Origin: an uncultured Chloroflexia bacterium
GTDB taxonomy: Bacteria > Chloroflexota > Dehalococcoidia > UBA2979
DNA length: 64,000 nucleotides
Direction of reading: 5' to 3'
NCBI GenBank assembly: GCA_963728205.1
Contig: CAVSIV010000006.1
Coordinates: forward strand, 1 to 64,000
Shown one piece after another: positions 31,177 through 40,839 of this stretch. The stretch's first letter is position 1, and each line of letters begins with the position of its first letter. Position numbers and translations under genes: made by a program. Below the pieces are notes generated by a model. The model had not been told where the DNA came from. It made no database searches and worked only from the letters and a program-made list of their open reading frames with translations.

Positions 31177-32562
31177 TCAGCCCAGCGCCACGCCGCTGCC
31201 GCCGACGCGGGCGGGTGTCGCCGGAAGCAACGCGGCATCCTCGTCGAACTCCGCCGCGGGGCGTCCGATCGAGCGGAAGCGGAAGCCAGCGGCGCGCACT
31301 GCGTCCGGTGAGACGCAGTGCCGCGTGTCGACCAGGACCCGGCGACGCATCAGCGCACCCAGCTCGCCCAGGGGGAGCTGGCGGAACTCATCCCACTCGG
31401 TGCCGATCACGATCGCGTCGGCGCCGACGGCGCCCTCGCGCACGCTGCTCACGGGTCGCGCGTCGGGCACCTCGCGCGTGATCCGCTCGGCCGGGACGAC
31501 GGGGTCGTAGACGGCGACGCGCGCACCCTCGAGCGTGAGCAGCTCCGCCAGCTCGAGCGCCGGCGAGTTGCGGATGTCGTCCGTGCCCGGCTTGAAGGCC
31601 GCGCCGAGCACGAGCAGCGAGCTGTTCTCGAGCGTCCCGACCGCCTCGCGGATCTTGCCGACGACCCGGCGGCGCTGGTCGGCGTTGATCTCCATCACCG
31701 ACCGCAACAGCTGCGGGTGCGCCCCGTGGCTCGCGGCCACGTGCGCGAGCGACTGCACGTCCTTCGGGAAGCAGCTGCCGCCCCAGCCGAGACCCGCGTT
31801 GAGGAATGCCGACCCGATGCGCGGGTCCGCGCCCATGCCGGCCGCGACCTGGAGCACGTCGGCGCCGGTCGCGTCGCAGATCGCGGCGATCTCGTTGACG
31901 AACGAGATCTTCGTCGCGAGGAATGCGTTCGACGCGTACTTGATCATCTCGGCCGTGCGCACGTCGGTGCGGTGCACCGCGGCGTTCAGCGGCGCGTAGA
32001 GCGCGGCCACGCGCTCCAGCGCGGCGGCGTCGTTTGAGCCCAGCACGATGCGATCCGGCGCCATGAAGTCGCGGACCGCGCTCCCCTCGCGCAGAAACTC
32101 GGGGTTGGAGACGACGGCGATCGTGGAGGCGCCGGAGCGCCGCGCCATCCCCTCCACGAGCTCCGCCGTGCCGATCGGCACCGTGCTCTTGTTCACGATC
32201 ACCGCGCCGGACCGCAGGTGCGGCGCCAGCTCGGCGACCGCGTCGCGCACCGCGTGCAGGTCGGCGGCGCCGCGTCGCGACGACGGCGTGTTCACCGCGA
32301 TGAATACGACGTCGGCACGAAGCGTGCCGTCGCCGTCCGCCGCGTCCGCGTAGTCCCCGTGGAAGCTGAGCCGCCCGGACGCGAGGCCGGAGCGAATGAG
32401 CGCGTCGAGGCCCGGCTCGAACACCGGCGACTGCCCTGCCTGCAGCATCGCCACGCGCTCCGCGTCGATGTCGATGCCGTGAACCCGGTATCCCATCTCG
32501 GCGAAGCACGTGGCCGTCACGAGGCCGACGTAGCCGCACCCAATCACCGCGAGATCAGTCAC
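31177..32562 (-). CDS. ugd: UDP-glucose/GDP-mannose dehydrogenase
   Basis: IGCGYVG, KSTVP, NPEFLREG, GGSCFPKD. Confidence 0.93.
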   Translation of the reverse strand: MTDLAVIGCGYVGLVTATCFAEMGYRVHGIDIDAERVAMLQAGQSPVFEPGLDALIRSGLASGRLSFHGDYADAADGDGTLRADVVFIAVNTPSSRRGAADLHAVRDAVAELAPHLRSGAVIVNKSTVPIGTAELVEGMARRSGASTIAVVSNPEFLREGSAVRDFMAPDRIVLGSNDAAALERVAALYAPLNAAVHRTDVRTAEMIKYASNAFLATKISFVNEIAAICDATGADVLQVAAGMGADPRIGSAFLNAGLGWGGSCFPKDVQSLAHVAASHGAHPQLLRSVMEINADQRRRVVGKIREAVGTLENSSLLVLGAAFKPGTDDIRNSPALELAELLTLEGARVAVYDPVVPAERITREVPDARPVSSVREGAVGADAIVIGTEWDEFRQLPLGELGALMRRRVLVDTRHCVSPDAVRAAGFRFRSIGRPAAEFDEDAALLPATPARVGGSGVALG

Positions 32563-33503
32563 GACGCAATGCCTTTCCGTTCCGCGCCGGCAGCGGCGTC
32601 GGGCGTGCTGCGGAAGTCTGTCGACGCGCGGTCGACGACCCGTTGACGAGGGGTAGCGGGCGAGTCCGCGCCGCCGCTCGGCGCGCGCACTCGCTGCCAT
32701 GCCGAGGCCGGCAGGAGACGGGCGAGCGCGGGCGCGTCGCGCAGCAGGTAGCGCCGCCACAGGCGGCCGGGCTCCTGCGCGAACCGGAACGCCCACTCGA
32801 GCCCCGCCCGTTGCACGACGCGGGGCGCGCGCACGCGGCGCGACGAGAAGAAGTCGAGCGTCCCGCCGACGCCAATCCAGATCGCCGACGGGGCGACGTC
32901 GAACCACGTCGTCATCACGCGCTCCTGGCGTGGCGATCCGAGCGCGACCAGCACGAGGTCTGGATCCGCGTCCGTGATCGCCTGCCGGTCGCCGGCTTCC
33001 TCCTCGGGCGTCAGCGCGCGGTACGGCGGGCACGCCGCGAGGACCACGCGGACGCCGGGATAGGTGGACTCGACACGCTCCCGCGCGGCCGCGGCGTTCT
33101 CGGGGTCGGATCCGTAGAACGCGACGCGCAGGCCGCCGCGCTCCGCGCTGCGGCCGAACAGCTCGCCCACGAGGTCGACGCCGGTGACGCGGCGCACGCG
33201 ACGCGCACCGGCGAGCCGCGCCAGCAGCACGACGGGCCACCCGTCCGCCGTGACCAGGGAGGCCTGCTGGAGATTCGTGAGCAGCTGTCCGTCCGTGCGC
33301 GCGCTCGCGAGGAAGTCGAGGTTCGCGGTCGCGACGCGGACGCCGGCGCCGCCATCCAGCGCGTCGAAGCACCGTGCGACGGCCGCCTCCATGTCGCCGT
33401 CGAAGATCGGGATGCCCCCCACGCGGCACGCCGGCGGGGCGGTCGCCGATCCGGCGGCCGCGGTGAGCCACGTGGTGTCCGCGGCACTCGCTGCCCTCTG
33501 CAT
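32559..33503 (-). CDS. WecB/TagA/CpsF glycosyltransferase
   Basis: TANLD, ADG, RVTGVDL, LGSPRQE, GVGG, GLEW..R...EP.RLWRRY. Confidence 0.93.
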   Translation of the reverse strand: MQRAASAADTTWLTAAAGSATAPPACRVGGIPIFDGDMEAAVARCFDALDGGAGVRVATANLDFLASARTDGQLLTNLQQASLVTADGWPVVLLARLAGARRVRRVTGVDLVGELFGRSAERGGLRVAFYGSDPENAAAARERVESTYPGVRVVLAACPPYRALTPEEEAGDRQAITDADPDLVLVALGSPRQERVMTTWFDVAPSAIWIGVGGTLDFFSSRRVRAPRVVQRAGLEWAFRFAQEPGRLWRRYLLRDAPALARLLPASAWQRVRAPSGGADSPATPRQRVVDRASTDFRSTPDAAAGAERKGIAS

Positions 33504-33844
33504 GACGTCACGCCTCCGCGCCGCCCTCGCCCGCCCGACGTGGCGTCGGGGGTGGCGGAGCGCCACGCGGCCGAATGTGCGGGCGGCACGTCGATCGGCC
33601 GTTGACGCGCGGTGCCGGCAGCACGAGATCGGGCGAGCGAGCTCCGCGCCGTGCCGGCGCGGGGCAGGTTCGCGGCGGCGCGCGGCGCGCCCGCTCGGGC
33701 GTTCGCGGCGCACCGCCCGCGCGCGCCGCGGTCCTGACCAACGCTGCACCGTTGCTCGATCCCCGCGTCCCTAGGCTCGTTTGTCTCGCTTGCACCGGGC
33801 GCGCGGAGTCGAACCGCTGCGCCCGTCATCAACGGAGGTTCACG

Positions 33845-34780
33845 GTGCGGGTGCTGGTGACGGGCTCATCGGGGATGGTCGGGAGCGCGCTCTGCGAGCG
33901 GCTCGGCGCGCAGGGCGACGTCGCGCTCTGCGTCGACCGCGCGCCGAATGCGTGGAATCCCGATCTCGAAGCGCGCACGCTCAAGGTCGACCTGCTCGAC
34001 GAGCCGCGCACGTGGCCGCTGCCGCGCAGCGGCGTCGACGTGGTCGTCCACTGCGCGGCGAACGCCCGCGTCCACGACCTCGTCGTGCGGCCGGAGCTGG
34101 CGCTGGAGAACGTCGTCACCGTGGCGCACGCGCTCGAGTACGCGCGACAGGTCGGCGCGGCCTTCGTGTTCACGTCGAGCCGCGAGGTCTACGGGAACCA
34201 GGGCCGCGGCGTGTACCGCGAGGAAGACGTCCGGAACGACGCGATCGAGAGCCCGTACGCGGCGTCCAAGCTCGGCGGCGAGCACCTCGTCTTCTCGTAC
34301 CGGAAGGTCTACGGGCTGCCGGTCGTCGTCGTTCGCCTGTCGAACGTGTACGGGCGGAACGACATGACCGACCGCTTCGTGCCCACCGCGATCCGCCGGG
34401 CGCTGTCCGGCGAACCGCTCCCGATCTACGGAGCGCGAAAGCGGCTCGACTTCACCTACCTGGACGACACCGTGTCGGGCATCGTCGGCGTAATCGGCCG
34501 CGTGCAGGAGTTGAGCGGCGAGGTGCTGAACATCGCGAGCGGGCGCGGCTACACGCTCGTGGAGACGGCGCAGCGCATCGGCGAGCTGCTCGGACGGCCG
34601 CTCACGCTGCTGGCGGCCGAGAGCCGCCCGGGTGAGGTCGTCGACTTCCAGGCCGACATCACGAAGGCGCGGCGCGAGCTCGGCTACGAGCCGCGCACGA
34701 CGCTCGAAGACGGGCTGTCCCGGGCGGTCGCGTGGTACCGCACGCGCCTCCCGGTGCAGGCCGGCGCGGCGGCGCGCTAG
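33845..34780 (+). CDS. NAD-dependent epimerase/dehydratase
   Basis: VTGSSGMVG, SSREVYG, YAASK. Confidence 0.9.
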   Translation: MRVLVTGSSGMVGSALCERLGAQGDVALCVDRAPNAWNPDLEARTLKVDLLDEPRTWPLPRSGVDVVVHCAANARVHDLVVRPELALENVVTVAHALEYARQVGAAFVFTSSREVYGNQGRGVYREEDVRNDAIESPYAASKLGGEHLVFSYRKVYGLPVVVVRLSNVYGRNDMTDRFVPTAIRRALSGEPLPIYGARKRLDFTYLDDTVSGIVGVIGRVQELSGEVLNIASGRGYTLVETAQRIGELLGRPLTLLAAESRPGEVVDFQADITKARRELGYEPRTTLEDGLSRAVAWYRTRLPVQAGAAAR

Positions 34781-34907
34781 GGCGCGCGTCGCCGCGCCGG
34801 CGCGTCGGCTTCGCGGCCTTCACGCGACCCACCGCCACGTCCGCGCTCCCTCGCCGAGGGCCGCCGGCTCCACGCACATGAAGAAACATGAAGAAGGGGA
34901 ATGCCCA

Positions 34908-35510
34908 GTGACCCAGCGCGGATTCGTCATCTGGCTCAGCGGCCTCTCCGGCGCGGGAAAGTCCACGATCGCCACGGCGCTCGCCCGGCGCCTCGACGAC
35001 GCGGCGCTGCCGGTCGAGGTGCTCGACGGGGACGACGTCCGTCGGGTGCTCTCGAGCGGCCTCGGCTTCACGCGCGAAGACCGCGACACCAACGTGCTCC
35101 GCATCGGGTTCGTGGCCCAGCTGCTCGCGCGCAACGGCGTCGCGGTCATCGTCGCCGCGATCTCCCCGTACGCCGCGACGCGCGAGAAGGTGCGTGCCTG
35201 GTTCGACGAGTTCATCGAGGTCCACGTCGACTGCTCGCTCGACGAGCTGGTCCGTCGCGACACGAAGGGGCTCTACCGGCGCGCGCTCGCGGGGGCGCTC
35301 GAGCACTTCACCGGGATCTCGGATCCGTACGAGGCGCCGGCGCAGCCGGACGTGCGTGTCGACACCGAGCATTGGACGGTCGACGAGTGCGTCGACGCGG
35401 TCGCGGCCGTGCTCCAGCGCCGCGAGCTCCTCGGAGGACCCGCGGAGCGCCCGGCGCCGGCGCGAGCGCTGGTTGCCGACGGAATCGCCAGCGGCAGCAC
35501 GGCGCGCTGA
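34908..35510 (+). CDS. cysC: Adenylyl-sulfate kinase
   Basis: WLSGLSGAGKST, LDGD, AAISPY, RDTKGLY, FTGISDPYE. Confidence 0.95.
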   Translation: MTQRGFVIWLSGLSGAGKSTIATALARRLDDAALPVEVLDGDDVRRVLSSGLGFTREDRDTNVLRIGFVAQLLARNGVAVIVAAISPYAATREKVRAWFDEFIEVHVDCSLDELVRRDTKGLYRRALAGALEHFTGISDPYEAPAQPDVRVDTEHWTVDECVDAVAAVLQRRELLGGPAERPAPARALVADGIASGSTAR

Positions 35511-35591
35511 TGCCGCCGCGGGGTGCGACGCGGCTCCGCGAAGGTCCGCGTGAGCAGTGGTCGTGTGTTGGTCGTCACCCGCTGCCGTCAC

Positions 35592-35623
35592 TCAACCAGC
35601 GCTCAACGGTGTCTGCCTAGTGT
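35592..35623 (+). promoter_or_regulatory. TCAAC-N6-TCAAC-N10-TAGTGT promoter motif
   Basis: TCAAC at 35592 and 35603, TAGTGT at 35618; same geometry as 6244-6297. Confidence 0.55.
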
Positions 35624-35676
35624 GCCGGCGGGCTGGGGCTCCGGCATCAGCGGCCGACAGCGAAGGAGAGTCGAGC

Positions 35677-36774
35677 ATGATTCCCAGGAAACCGATCGAA
35701 TGGACGTTCCGGCGTCTACCCCTGCTGATCGTGCTCATCATCGTGCCGCCGATCCTCGTGGCAACGGTGCTCGAGCGGGCACCCGCGTCCTACCAGTCCT
35801 CAGCCAGCGTCATCGTGGCCGACCCGTCGCTGGTCACGGGGCCCGGCCCGACGGCGAGTAATCGCTTCGCCACCGCGGCGGAGGCGCAGTCGCAGGCGCT
35901 GCAGGCGCTGCTCACCACGCGGACGTTCGTCGACCAGATCGCGATCGCCGCGCGCCTCGTCCCGTCGGAGACCACGAACGGGACGACGGTGATCGCGCCG
36001 ACGGTCTCGCAGGCGGCCCTCAAGACCGTCCGTGACGAGGTCCGGAGCGACCTGTCGGTGTCGGTCAACGGGGCCAACGTGCTCGGGATCGCTGCCCAGA
36101 GCACGAGCCCGGTGGTTGCGCAGCGTCTCGTCTCGGCCGCCGTGGCCGCCTACCAGGCGAACGTCGCGGCGCAGGCGGAGCGCCAGCGCACGATCAGTCA
36201 GCAGTTCTACACGGACCGGCTCGCGATCGTGCAGCAGCAGGCGGACGCCGCGGTCGCAGAGCTGGACGCCTACCGCACCGCGCACCCGGTGCCGGCCGAC
36301 GCGCGCCCGGGGACCATCCCGGCGGACCCCAACCTGCAGGCGCTCCAGAGCCACGCGGACGTGATGACGGCGCAGGTCCAGGGCGTGCTGCAGGCGATGG
36401 GTCAGCTGGACGTCGACTCGGCGTCCGCGCAGCAGCAGCTGGCGGCGGCGTTCGCGGTGGCCGACGAGCCGCTGGTGCCGACCGAGCCGCTGCGACCGTC
36501 GCTCATGCACCGGCTGGGCTACCCGCTCGCGGCCGCCGTCGGCGGAATGCTGCTCGCGGCCGCGTACATCTACCTGAAGTACCAGTCGGACCACACCATC
36601 CGCTCGAGCGAGGACCTGGTCCCACTGGGCGTGCCCCTGCTCGGCTACGTGCCGCACGTGAACGTGCGGCAACACCAGCGGCTGCACCGGCGACTGCGGT
36701 GGCCCCGCAAGGGCTTTGCGCGAGGGCTGGCCGCGTCCATCCACGGTGACCTGAACACGGAGAGTGTCCTATGA
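35677..36774 (+). CDS. Polysaccharide co-polymerase (Wzz/GumC-like)
   Basis: Two TM segments flanking a coiled coil; C-terminal D.TIRS.EDL..LGVPLLGYVP. Confidence 0.75.
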   Translation: MIPRKPIEWTFRRLPLLIVLIIVPPILVATVLERAPASYQSSASVIVADPSLVTGPGPTASNRFATAAEAQSQALQALLTTRTFVDQIAIAARLVPSETTNGTTVIAPTVSQAALKTVRDEVRSDLSVSVNGANVLGIAAQSTSPVVAQRLVSAAVAAYQANVAAQAERQRTISQQFYTDRLAIVQQQADAAVAELDAYRTAHPVPADARPGTIPADPNLQALQSHADVMTAQVQGVLQAMGQLDVDSASAQQQLAAAFAVADEPLVPTEPLRPSLMHRLGYPLAAAVGGMLLAAAYIYLKYQSDHTIRSSEDLVPLGVPLLGYVPHVNVRQHQRLHRRLRWPRKGFARGLAASIHGDLNTESVL

Positions 36775-37511
36775 CCCGCCTCGCGATCACCGGCTGGGCC
36801 CGCACCGGCGACAAGGCCGCGGCAATCGACCGCCCGTTCCCGCTCGCACGAGATCCGCAGGCGCGCACGCGCGCGGTGCTCGAGGACGCCGTGCGCACCG
36901 CGCTCCACATGGGCGGCATCGGGCTCACCTCGGACGACGAGAGCGCCCCGCGGACGCAGGTGATCGGCATCACCGCCCCGCACGGCCAGGAGGGCAAGAC
37001 CACCATCGCCGCGGCGGTGAGCGGCACGCTCGTGAAGCACGAGGGCCGCGGCGTCGTCCTCGTCGACGCCGACACGCACACGAACGCCATCGCCCGCGAG
37101 TACGGGCTGGCGGGCCACCTCGGCCTCACGGACTTCCTGGCGGGAGAGACGAGCCTGGCCGGCGTCACCTGCGCCTCGCCCTCGCGGCGGCTGAGCATCA
37201 TCCCGGCCGGCACCCAGCCGATGCCGCCGGTGTCGTACGCCCAGCTCTCGGCGCTCATCGCGCAGCTCCGCGCGTCGCACGACTACGTGATCGTCGACCT
37301 TCCCGGCGCGCTCCGCTCGACCACCGCACCGCCGCTGGCACGGCTGTGCGACGGCGTGATGGTCGTCGTGCGCTCCGGCGCCACGACGACGCTGGACCTC
37401 GACCGCGCGCTGCAGCGGCTGCGGGACGCGCACGTGCTGGGGGTGATCGTGAACCGCTGGCGCACGCGCATCCCGCGGTTCGTCGAGCAGGCGCTCGACC
37501 TGGGGATGTAG
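36771..37511 (+). CDS. CpsD/CapB-family BY-kinase/ATPase
   Basis: ITAP..QEGKTT, LVDAD, VIVDLP, LGVIVN. Confidence 0.88.
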   Translation: MTRLAITGWARTGDKAAAIDRPFPLARDPQARTRAVLEDAVRTALHMGGIGLTSDDESAPRTQVIGITAPHGQEGKTTIAAAVSGTLVKHEGRGVVLVDADTHTNAIAREYGLAGHLGLTDFLAGETSLAGVTCASPSRRLSIIPAGTQPMPPVSYAQLSALIAQLRASHDYVIVDLPGALRSTTAPPLARLCDGVMVVVRSGATTTLDLDRALQRLRDAHVLGVIVNRWRTRIPRFVEQALDLGM

Positions 37512-37521
37512 GGGGCGCGTG

Positions 37522-37665
37522 ATGACCGTCGTACTGGCGGCCGTGGTGCTCGCGGCGCTCCTGAGCGTTCGGCGCGTGCAGCGGCGCGTCCCCTCCGAAT
37601 CGCTGATCGCCTTCATCGGCGTCGCCGTGATCCTCACGGGACTGCTGTTCACCGGTCGCCTGTAG
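37522..37665 (+). CDS. Small 47-aa two-TM protein (not in ORF track)
   Basis: MTVVLAAVVLAALLSVRRVQRRVPSESLIAFIGVAVILTGLLFTGRL fills the operon gap with GC3-rich codons. Confidence 0.5.
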   Translation: MTVVLAAVVLAALLSVRRVQRRVPSESLIAFIGVAVILTGLLFTGRL

Positions 37666-37680
37666 CCCTGGCGGTACGCC

Positions 37681-39213
37681 GTGTTCGAGACGATGACCCG
37701 CGACAGCCGACTCGAGATCCCGGGACTCGCCGTGGTGGTCGAGCTCGTCGGTGCCGCGCTGGCGGCCACGACGTTCGCGGCCGCCACGGTGCTGTTCGGG
37801 TACCACGCGCTCCTGGTCCTCAGCTACATGCTGCTGGTGCTCGGGGTGGTGCTCTACCCGCGCGCGCTCGCCGTCGTGCTGCTCGTCCTGATGATCGTGA
37901 TCGAGCCCGCGGCCTACGACTTCACGGCGCCGATCAGCAACCTCCTGTACAGCACGGACAACCTGCGGTTCCTCCCGCTCACGATGACACCGCTCGAGGC
38001 GCTGCTGCTCCTCCTCGCGCTGTCGCTGATCATCCGCGCGGCGCCGCGCCTCCCGGTCCGACTGCCCGCGCTCGTGTGGGCGGCGCCGGTCGTGTTCGCC
38101 ATGGGGATCGCGTATGGCGTCCTCCGGCACCACGGCGCCGTGAACAACGCGTACGAAGAGGCGCGCGGGCCGGTCTTCGCCTTCCTCGGCTTCTTCATCG
38201 TGCTGCGCATGCGCGACCTGAACACGGCGGTCGTGCGGCGCGCGCTGCTGGTCGCCAGCAGCGGCCTCGCCATCCTGCTGCTGGCGCGCTACGTCGTATA
38301 CCAGCGCCTCGGCGGATCCACGGACGTCGCGCAGCAGTTCCAGTACGCGCACGAGGACGTGATCTTCCTCGGGATCGGATTCGCCGTCGCCGGGGTCCTG
38401 CTGCTCCGGACGGGCACGTCGTCGCGCACGCGCACCTGGCTCCTCCTGCACGAGGCGCTCGTGCTCGCGGCCACGGCCGCCAGCGGGCGGCGCGCGGGCA
38501 CCCTCGTGATGGCCGTGATCTCCCTGGTCCTGCTCTGGATGCTGCTGCCCAAGCGGCCCGTGCTGATCACCGCGATCACCGGCCTCACCATCGTCTTCGG
38601 CGGCCTGTACCTCGGCGCCTACTGGCACCAGGACTACGGGGCCGTTGCGCAGCCCGCCCGCGCGATCCGCTCGCAGATCGCGCCCAACGCCCGCGACAAC
38701 TCGTCGGACACCTATCGCCTCGTCGAGCTCTACGACGTCACTAAGACGCTCCGCCTCAACACCGTGTTCGGCGTCGGCTTCGGGCGGCCGTTCATCGCGT
38801 TCCAGCCGCTGCCATCGCTGTCGTGGTGGTCGCTGCAGTACTACACGCCGCACTCGAACATCCTCTGGCCCTGGCTGAAGACCGGCATCATCGGGATGTC
38901 CGTCCTGCTCGGAATCTGGGTGCTCGCCCTGCGGCGCTGCCTGACCGCCGCGCGCGACGCGCCGGCCCTGGCGCCGGTCCCGCTCGTCCCGCTCGTGGTC
39001 GCCGCCTCGCTGGTCGCCTTCCTCACGTTCAGCTCCGTCGACCTGCTCTTCGTCGGGTCGCGCAGCATGGTGCCGTTCGGCATGACCGTCGCGACCGCGT
39101 TCCTCCTGTGCGACGCACCGACCGCGCCCACCGAGGACGAGCAGGCCGCCGCGGGCGAGCGCGCCGTCTCGACGCGGCGGGCCCGCGCCGGGATGGGACG
39201 GTCGCGGCCGTGA
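37681..39213 (+). CDS. O-antigen ligase/Wzy polymerase family
   Basis: Multi-TM; FGVGFG and PHSN.L......GIIG motifs. Confidence 0.85.
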   Translation: MFETMTRDSRLEIPGLAVVVELVGAALAATTFAAATVLFGYHALLVLSYMLLVLGVVLYPRALAVVLLVLMIVIEPAAYDFTAPISNLLYSTDNLRFLPLTMTPLEALLLLLALSLIIRAAPRLPVRLPALVWAAPVVFAMGIAYGVLRHHGAVNNAYEEARGPVFAFLGFFIVLRMRDLNTAVVRRALLVASSGLAILLLARYVVYQRLGGSTDVAQQFQYAHEDVIFLGIGFAVAGVLLLRTGTSSRTRTWLLLHEALVLAATAASGRRAGTLVMAVISLVLLWMLLPKRPVLITAITGLTIVFGGLYLGAYWHQDYGAVAQPARAIRSQIAPNARDNSSDTYRLVELYDVTKTLRLNTVFGVGFGRPFIAFQPLPSLSWWSLQYYTPHSNILWPWLKTGIIGMSVLLGIWVLALRRCLTAARDAPALAPVPLVPLVVAASLVAFLTFSSVDLLFVGSRSMVPFGMTVATAFLLCDAPTAPTEDEQAAAGERAVSTRRARAGMGRSRP

Positions 39214-39818
39214 GCGCGCCACAGGTGGCACCCGCTCCCGGCGCCGCCGGTGAAGCGCTGAGCTTCGTCCGCCGCCGCGGCTGGCGCGCCCTGCTCTCGG
39301 CCGGCGTCCAGCACGCACGCGCCCGCTGGGCGCTGCGCGCGGCCACGCACGTCGGGACCGCGCGGCTGCAGGGCCGGGCGCACGTCTCCAACGCCGGCGA
39401 GCTGATCGTCGAGGACCGCGTCCGCCTCGCCGGCGGGGCCGTGCGGCTCGACCTCACCTGCCACCGAGGGGCGCGACTGCGCATCGGGGAGGGCACGTTC
39501 ATCAACTACGGCAGCGACATCTCCGCCACGACGCGCGTCGACATCGGCCGCCACTGCGACATCGGCCAGTACGCGATCATCATCGACAACGACTACCACG
39601 CGGCCGACGACCACACGCGGCGCGGCCCCGGGCGGCCCGTGGTGCTCGAAGACGACGTGTGGCTGGGCGCGCGCGTGACCGTGCTGCCCGGCGCGCACAT
39701 CGGCCGCGGCGCCGTCATCGGCGCCCACTCCGTCGTCCGCGGCGACATCCCGCCCCACACGCTCGCGGCCGGCGTCCCCGCCCGGGTCATTCGCAGGCTG
39801 GAGTCCGCCGATGCGTGA
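39210..39818 (+). CDS. Hexapeptide-repeat O-acyltransferase
   Basis: IG.GTFIN, DNDYH, EDDVWLG, AGVPARVI. Confidence 0.88.
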   Translation: MSAPQVAPAPGAAGEALSFVRRRGWRALLSAGVQHARARWALRAATHVGTARLQGRAHVSNAGELIVEDRVRLAGGAVRLDLTCHRGARLRIGEGTFINYGSDISATTRVDIGRHCDIGQYAIIIDNDYHAADDHTRRGPGRPVVLEDDVWLGARVTVLPGAHIGRGAVIGAHSVVRGDIPPHTLAAGVPARVIRRLESADA

Positions 39819-40839
39819 CGTCGACGTCGTGATCGCGACCCGCAACCGCCCGCAGCCGCTCGAACGCTGCCTCACCGCGCTGACGCGCCAGGCGTACCGC
39901 GACTTCGGCGTGATCGTCGTCGACGACGCGTCGGACGAGCCGGTCGCGGACCACCTGCCACGCGACCTGCGCGATGCGCTCACGCCCACCGTCCTGCGGC
40001 AGGAGCGGCGCGCGGGGCCGGGCGCTGCCCGCAACGCCGGCGTCGCCGAGAGCGGCGCGCGCTACATCGTCTTCGTCGACGACGACGTGTGCGCCCAACC
40101 CGAGCTCGTCGCCCGCCACGTGGCTGCGCTCGCCGCGGGCGATGGCGAGCGGCGCGCGGCGATCGGTCCGCTCGCCATGCCGCCGGACTGGCGTCCCACC
40201 CCGTGGAATCTCTGGGAGGCGCGCACCGTCGACGTCGAGTACGGGCGGATGCTGCGCGGCGAGTACCGCCCCACGTGGCGCCAGTTCCATACCGGAAACG
40301 CCTCGCTCGTCCGCGCCGACTTCGAGGCGGTCGGCGGATTCGACGAGCGGTTCGACCGCGCGGAGGACATCGAGCTCGCGCTGCGGCTGCGCCAGCACGG
40401 CGTCGAGTTCGTCTTCGACCCGCTGGCGATCGGCTGGCACTACGCCCACCGCTCGCTCGCGGCGTGGCGCAACGTCGCTCGCAGCTACGCACGCACCGAC
40501 GTGATGCTCTCGGAGCTGCACCCCGAGCTCGGCTGGCTCCACGCCATCGGGCGCGAACGCGCCCGCCGCCATCCCGCGCTGCTGCTCGCCCGGCGCGCGT
40601 TCGAGCGACGCGCGCTGCGCCCGCTCGTGACCGCTGGAGCGACCGGCGCCGCCCGGGTCCTGCACGCGGCGCGCGCTCGGCGCCTCGCGATGTACGGACT
40701 GAGCCTCGCCTACGACCTGGAGTACTCGGACGCACTGCGGCACGAGGTGCGGGCGGCATGCCCCGTCGCCGGCGGCACGCCGTGGGGCGCCGCGTCGCGA
40801 CGGGACGCACCGCATCGAAGGAGACAGGCCGATGCCTAG
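39811..40839 (+). CDS. GT2 glycosyltransferase
   Basis: VVDDAS, AARNAG, FVDDD, GGFDE, EDIEL. Confidence 0.92.
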   Translation: MRDVDVVIATRNRPQPLERCLTALTRQAYRDFGVIVVDDASDEPVADHLPRDLRDALTPTVLRQERRAGPGAARNAGVAESGARYIVFVDDDVCAQPELVARHVAALAAGDGERRAAIGPLAMPPDWRPTPWNLWEARTVDVEYGRMLRGEYRPTWRQFHTGNASLVRADFEAVGGFDERFDRAEDIELALRLRQHGVEFVFDPLAIGWHYAHRSLAAWRNVARSYARTDVMLSELHPELGWLHAIGRERARRHPALLLARRAFERRALRPLVTAGATGAARVLHAARARRLAMYGLSLAYDLEYSDALRHEVRAACPVAGGTPWGAASRRDAPHRRRQADA

